Position numbers and translations under genes: made by a program. The notes under the pieces were generated by a model. That model made no database searches and was not told the DNA's origin. It saw nothing but the letters and a program-made list of their open reading frames with translations. A DNA stretch of 64,000 nt. Source: Felis catus. Taxonomy: Eukaryota. The stretch covers positions 126,792,001-126,856,000 of the forward strand of contig NC_058368.1 of assembly GCF_018350175.1 (NCBI RefSeq), read 5' to 3'. Below, piece by piece: positions 61,210 through 64,000 of this stretch (position 1 is its first letter; each line of letters opens with the position of its first letter).

Positions 61210-61612
61210 TTTGTGACAGACACTACTTCTTGTCCTCCTTACTAACATACTAACAGAATTTGTAGCTGAGTATTAGGCATGACTACATCACTTAATTTTG
61301 GCCAATGGGACATGGGCAAAAGTGATGTGCCAACTCCTAGGTAGCCCTCTAGGCAACCTTTTCTCTCTTCCCAGGGGGCAGATTGTGATTATGTGGTAGG
61401 AGATCAAGCAGCCTTGCAGGAGATAAAAGCCATGACTGGAGGTGAGAAAGCAAAATGATAGAAGCAGTTGGGTCCTTGATGATTGTGAGCCTCAATATTC
61501 CCCTGGTTTGCCTACCTGAATTTTTATAGGAGAAAAAAAATCTATCTAGTTAATCTGTTATCATTTTGAGTGCTTCTGTTAAAGCTACTGATCCAGTTTC
61601 GTAAATAAATAC
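61210..61612 (+). mobile_element. MaLR LTR (MLT1J-like)
   Basis: ttggccaatgggacatgggcaaaagtgatgtg; gatagaagcagttgggtccttgatga; ends aataca. Confidence 0.7.
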
Positions 61613-61789
61613 AGCATCTTTGCAAAATATGTAGGGCAATTTAATGGGTCTGCATTTCACAGTGTAAGTGATATTGTTCTCTTTCTTTGGGTTTTCACTC
61701 AGCACTATTTTATAAAAATCAGTCCCTGCCACAATGAGGACCTGTAGCTCCTGCTTCTAAGTGCTAGAGTAGACCACTGTGTGCCTCAA

Positions 61790-62240
61790 CCATATTCCCA
61801 TAGTATTTCCCCACATGATTCCTTAGTGATAGATATGTAGAGGGTTTCCAACTTCCCACTATCACAAACAACACCATGATAATCTTTGTATATCCCTAAT
61901 GAAACTTTAAAGGAATTTCTCTTGGGTATATGTAGAGAGAAAAACTGATGGTCATAAAAGTCTCATGTTTATTCAATTAAGTTCTGCTAAATCACTTTCT
62001 AGAATGGCTATACCAGTCTGCACGTCCATTAGCAATGTCTGCAGGCTCCAATTCCTCCACAGCCTTGCTAATGCTTTGTGTTATTTAAGTTTGTAATTTT
62101 TGCCAATGTCAAGTGACCCATTTGTATTTGCCATTCCATGATTATTAGTGTTTATATAATTGTTCATATACTTGCTAGCCATTTGGGTTTTCCTTTCTGT
62201 CAATTTCCTCTTCATAACCTTTTCCCACTTTCTAATCTAC
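61790..62240 (-). mobile_element. Old L1 (L1ME-like) fragment
   Basis: aatttctcttgggtatatg; ttctagaatggctataccagtctgcac; tgttcatatacttgctagccatttgg. Confidence 0.75.
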
Positions 62241-63244
62241 TCTTGACATGAATTCATGTTGGTTTTAGTCACTTCTGTTCATGATCCTTCAAGGCAGAAA
62301 TCCTTAGCACCTTATTCATTGAGACTCTATAGCCATTTAATATCAGTTTCCTCATTGGTCTGCAACCCATATTAATTCCCACAACTTGGGGCTCCCCCTA
62401 CCCCAGTGCCCCTGACGTTCCCAGCATCACTGAGCTGCCAAGTATCCTCAGCTTCCAGTAACTCTACTGGGGAGCCAAGTCTCCACCCTCTCATTCCCCT
62501 TCACTCTATATTTTAGTTCCCATACCTAAATATGGCCGTCAAATGGCCGTCAAATGACCCTCTTCCTTTCTGGTACACTTTTTTGCTTCCTCTGCAGTTA
62601 AGGAGCAGAGGGGAACAGGATGGATTTGGATTATGCAGCGAGAGGATAACACTTAAGACTTCAACATTTGGAAATAAAATTTGGATGAAAATGTAAATGA
62701 CAGACCTGTAAGGTTCTTCCTGATTCCAAACAGTCCAACTCTTTAGAGTACATGTGGGAATTTACAGAAATTTTCTTGTCAAACCAAGAGGTTTCCATTA
62801 GCTGTATTTCTTATTTTCAGCTTACTTTTTATTGATATTCTCACCAAAGGGCTATTCTCCCTCTGGATTTGTTAACACTTGTCTGCAGCTTAGCAAAGCC
62901 TACCCCCATTTACAGTAGGAGGCCATGAAAGTTGTCAAAACTGTATTTTTTCTTTACAGTAACCTGGGAGAATGCCAGCCCACAAAAGTCAGTGCAAAAA
63001 AATCCATTCAGCCATACAGAGAAAAATAATTTAAAAGAGCTTACCAACTAACAAACCAAGCAGGGAATAAAGCTGATTTCTTTCCTGGAATATAAAGAGG
63101 AAGGATGTACCACCTCTGTGTCCCTTGGTGTTGACCAGGGGACTTTATGATACAACAGTTTCTTAGCTGTCGCTTTTGGCCCTAAAAATAGTTCACTGTT
63201 ACGGCACTCAATTCAGTAGTCAATACACACAATATCTTGACCTT

Positions 63245-63780
63245 TTCTTTTCCACCACACCTGCTTGGGAAAAGTCCAACACTGGATTAATTCAGCCATG
63301 CTCCTTCTCTGCTCCCACAGAGAAGTACTCCTGCTGAGCCCCTCTGGCAAAGGTCATACCATGGTGCTGACTGAAGCTCTCGGCAAATCCATGGTCTCCA
63401 ACCACATCTGGGGTTTCATCACTGCCTGGCAATCTTCCCATGATCTGTAGATTGCACCATTATCCCAAAGACACTCTTTCAGACTTTCCTCTATCTTTTA
63501 GGTCACTTTCTTGAAGTTCACTTCTTCCTTCACTCTCAACACGTCCTAACCTCCTTCTTGACAGAGGATAAGGCACAGGAAAACTCCATCAACTTCATAT
63601 CCTCCCTCCTTCTATTCATCTGTATTTCATCCACCTTTTTGACCTTCCGTAGGGCAGTGTCCAGTGACTTCTCCTGCTACATGTTTCTACCTTTGTCGAC
63701 AACTCTCAGCTGCATCAGAACCAAGTCAGACACTCGGCCCCAGCATCCAGTCACCCATGAACTTCTGTTGCTTCTCCTTC
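63245..63780 (+). mobile_element. L2 internal (ORF2-derived) fragment
   Basis: aaaagtccaacactggattaattcag...gtgctgactg...aaatccatggtctccaacc...ctgcctggcaatc. Confidence 0.65.
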
Positions 63781-64000
63781 TTTAATATTGAAACTGTTAC
63801 AGAAATGTAAAGATAGATGGAAATTAAGGTGGACACATTCACGCTTCAGAAGGCTTGACTTTAAATGGCACAAATTTTAATTTTCCTCATTCTTGAAGCC
63901 TCCCTTCACTTGTTTTTCTATAGAATCCTTTTGTTCCAGGAACTTGGTATCCATAGTGACATCTTGCTGACTTCAGTGTGTCCCTAGTAATGAGACTTGG

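Noticed and set aside
1..64000. A novel multi-gene system, CRISPR array or operon
   Set aside because: This is eukaryotic repeat-rich DNA. There are no regularly spaced repeat-spacer units and no credible intact ORFs; the recurring 200-bp repeats are dispersed SINEs.

Overview
This is mammalian non-coding DNA, intergenic or deep intronic, almost certainly from a felid. The evidence is 22 carnivore tRNA-derived SINEs (CanSINE/SINEC), including a near-consensus young SINEC_Fc-type copy, plus felid-type L1 3' UTRs. Roughly half of the window is interspersed repeat: L1 of several ages, L2, MIR, MaLR/ERVL/ERV1 solo LTRs, hAT MITEs and microsatellites. I find no supportable protein-coding exon, RNA gene or CRISPR array; the ORF track is explained by decayed L1 ORF2, SINEs, microsatellites and chance. 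I see no convincing new biological system. The strongest structural finding is an L1 3' transduction: 216 bp of foreign sequence with its own AATAAA and poly(A), inside the L1's target-site duplication (56495-58710). Other findings are three tiny TSD-flanked retro-insertions, templated-insertion repair scars, a fold-back microsatellite, a switch in SINE orientation across the window, and a few motif-based regulatory candidates. Repeat subfamily names are from recall of consensus sequences and need RepeatMasker/Dfam confirmation. Boundaries of old repeats are approximate.
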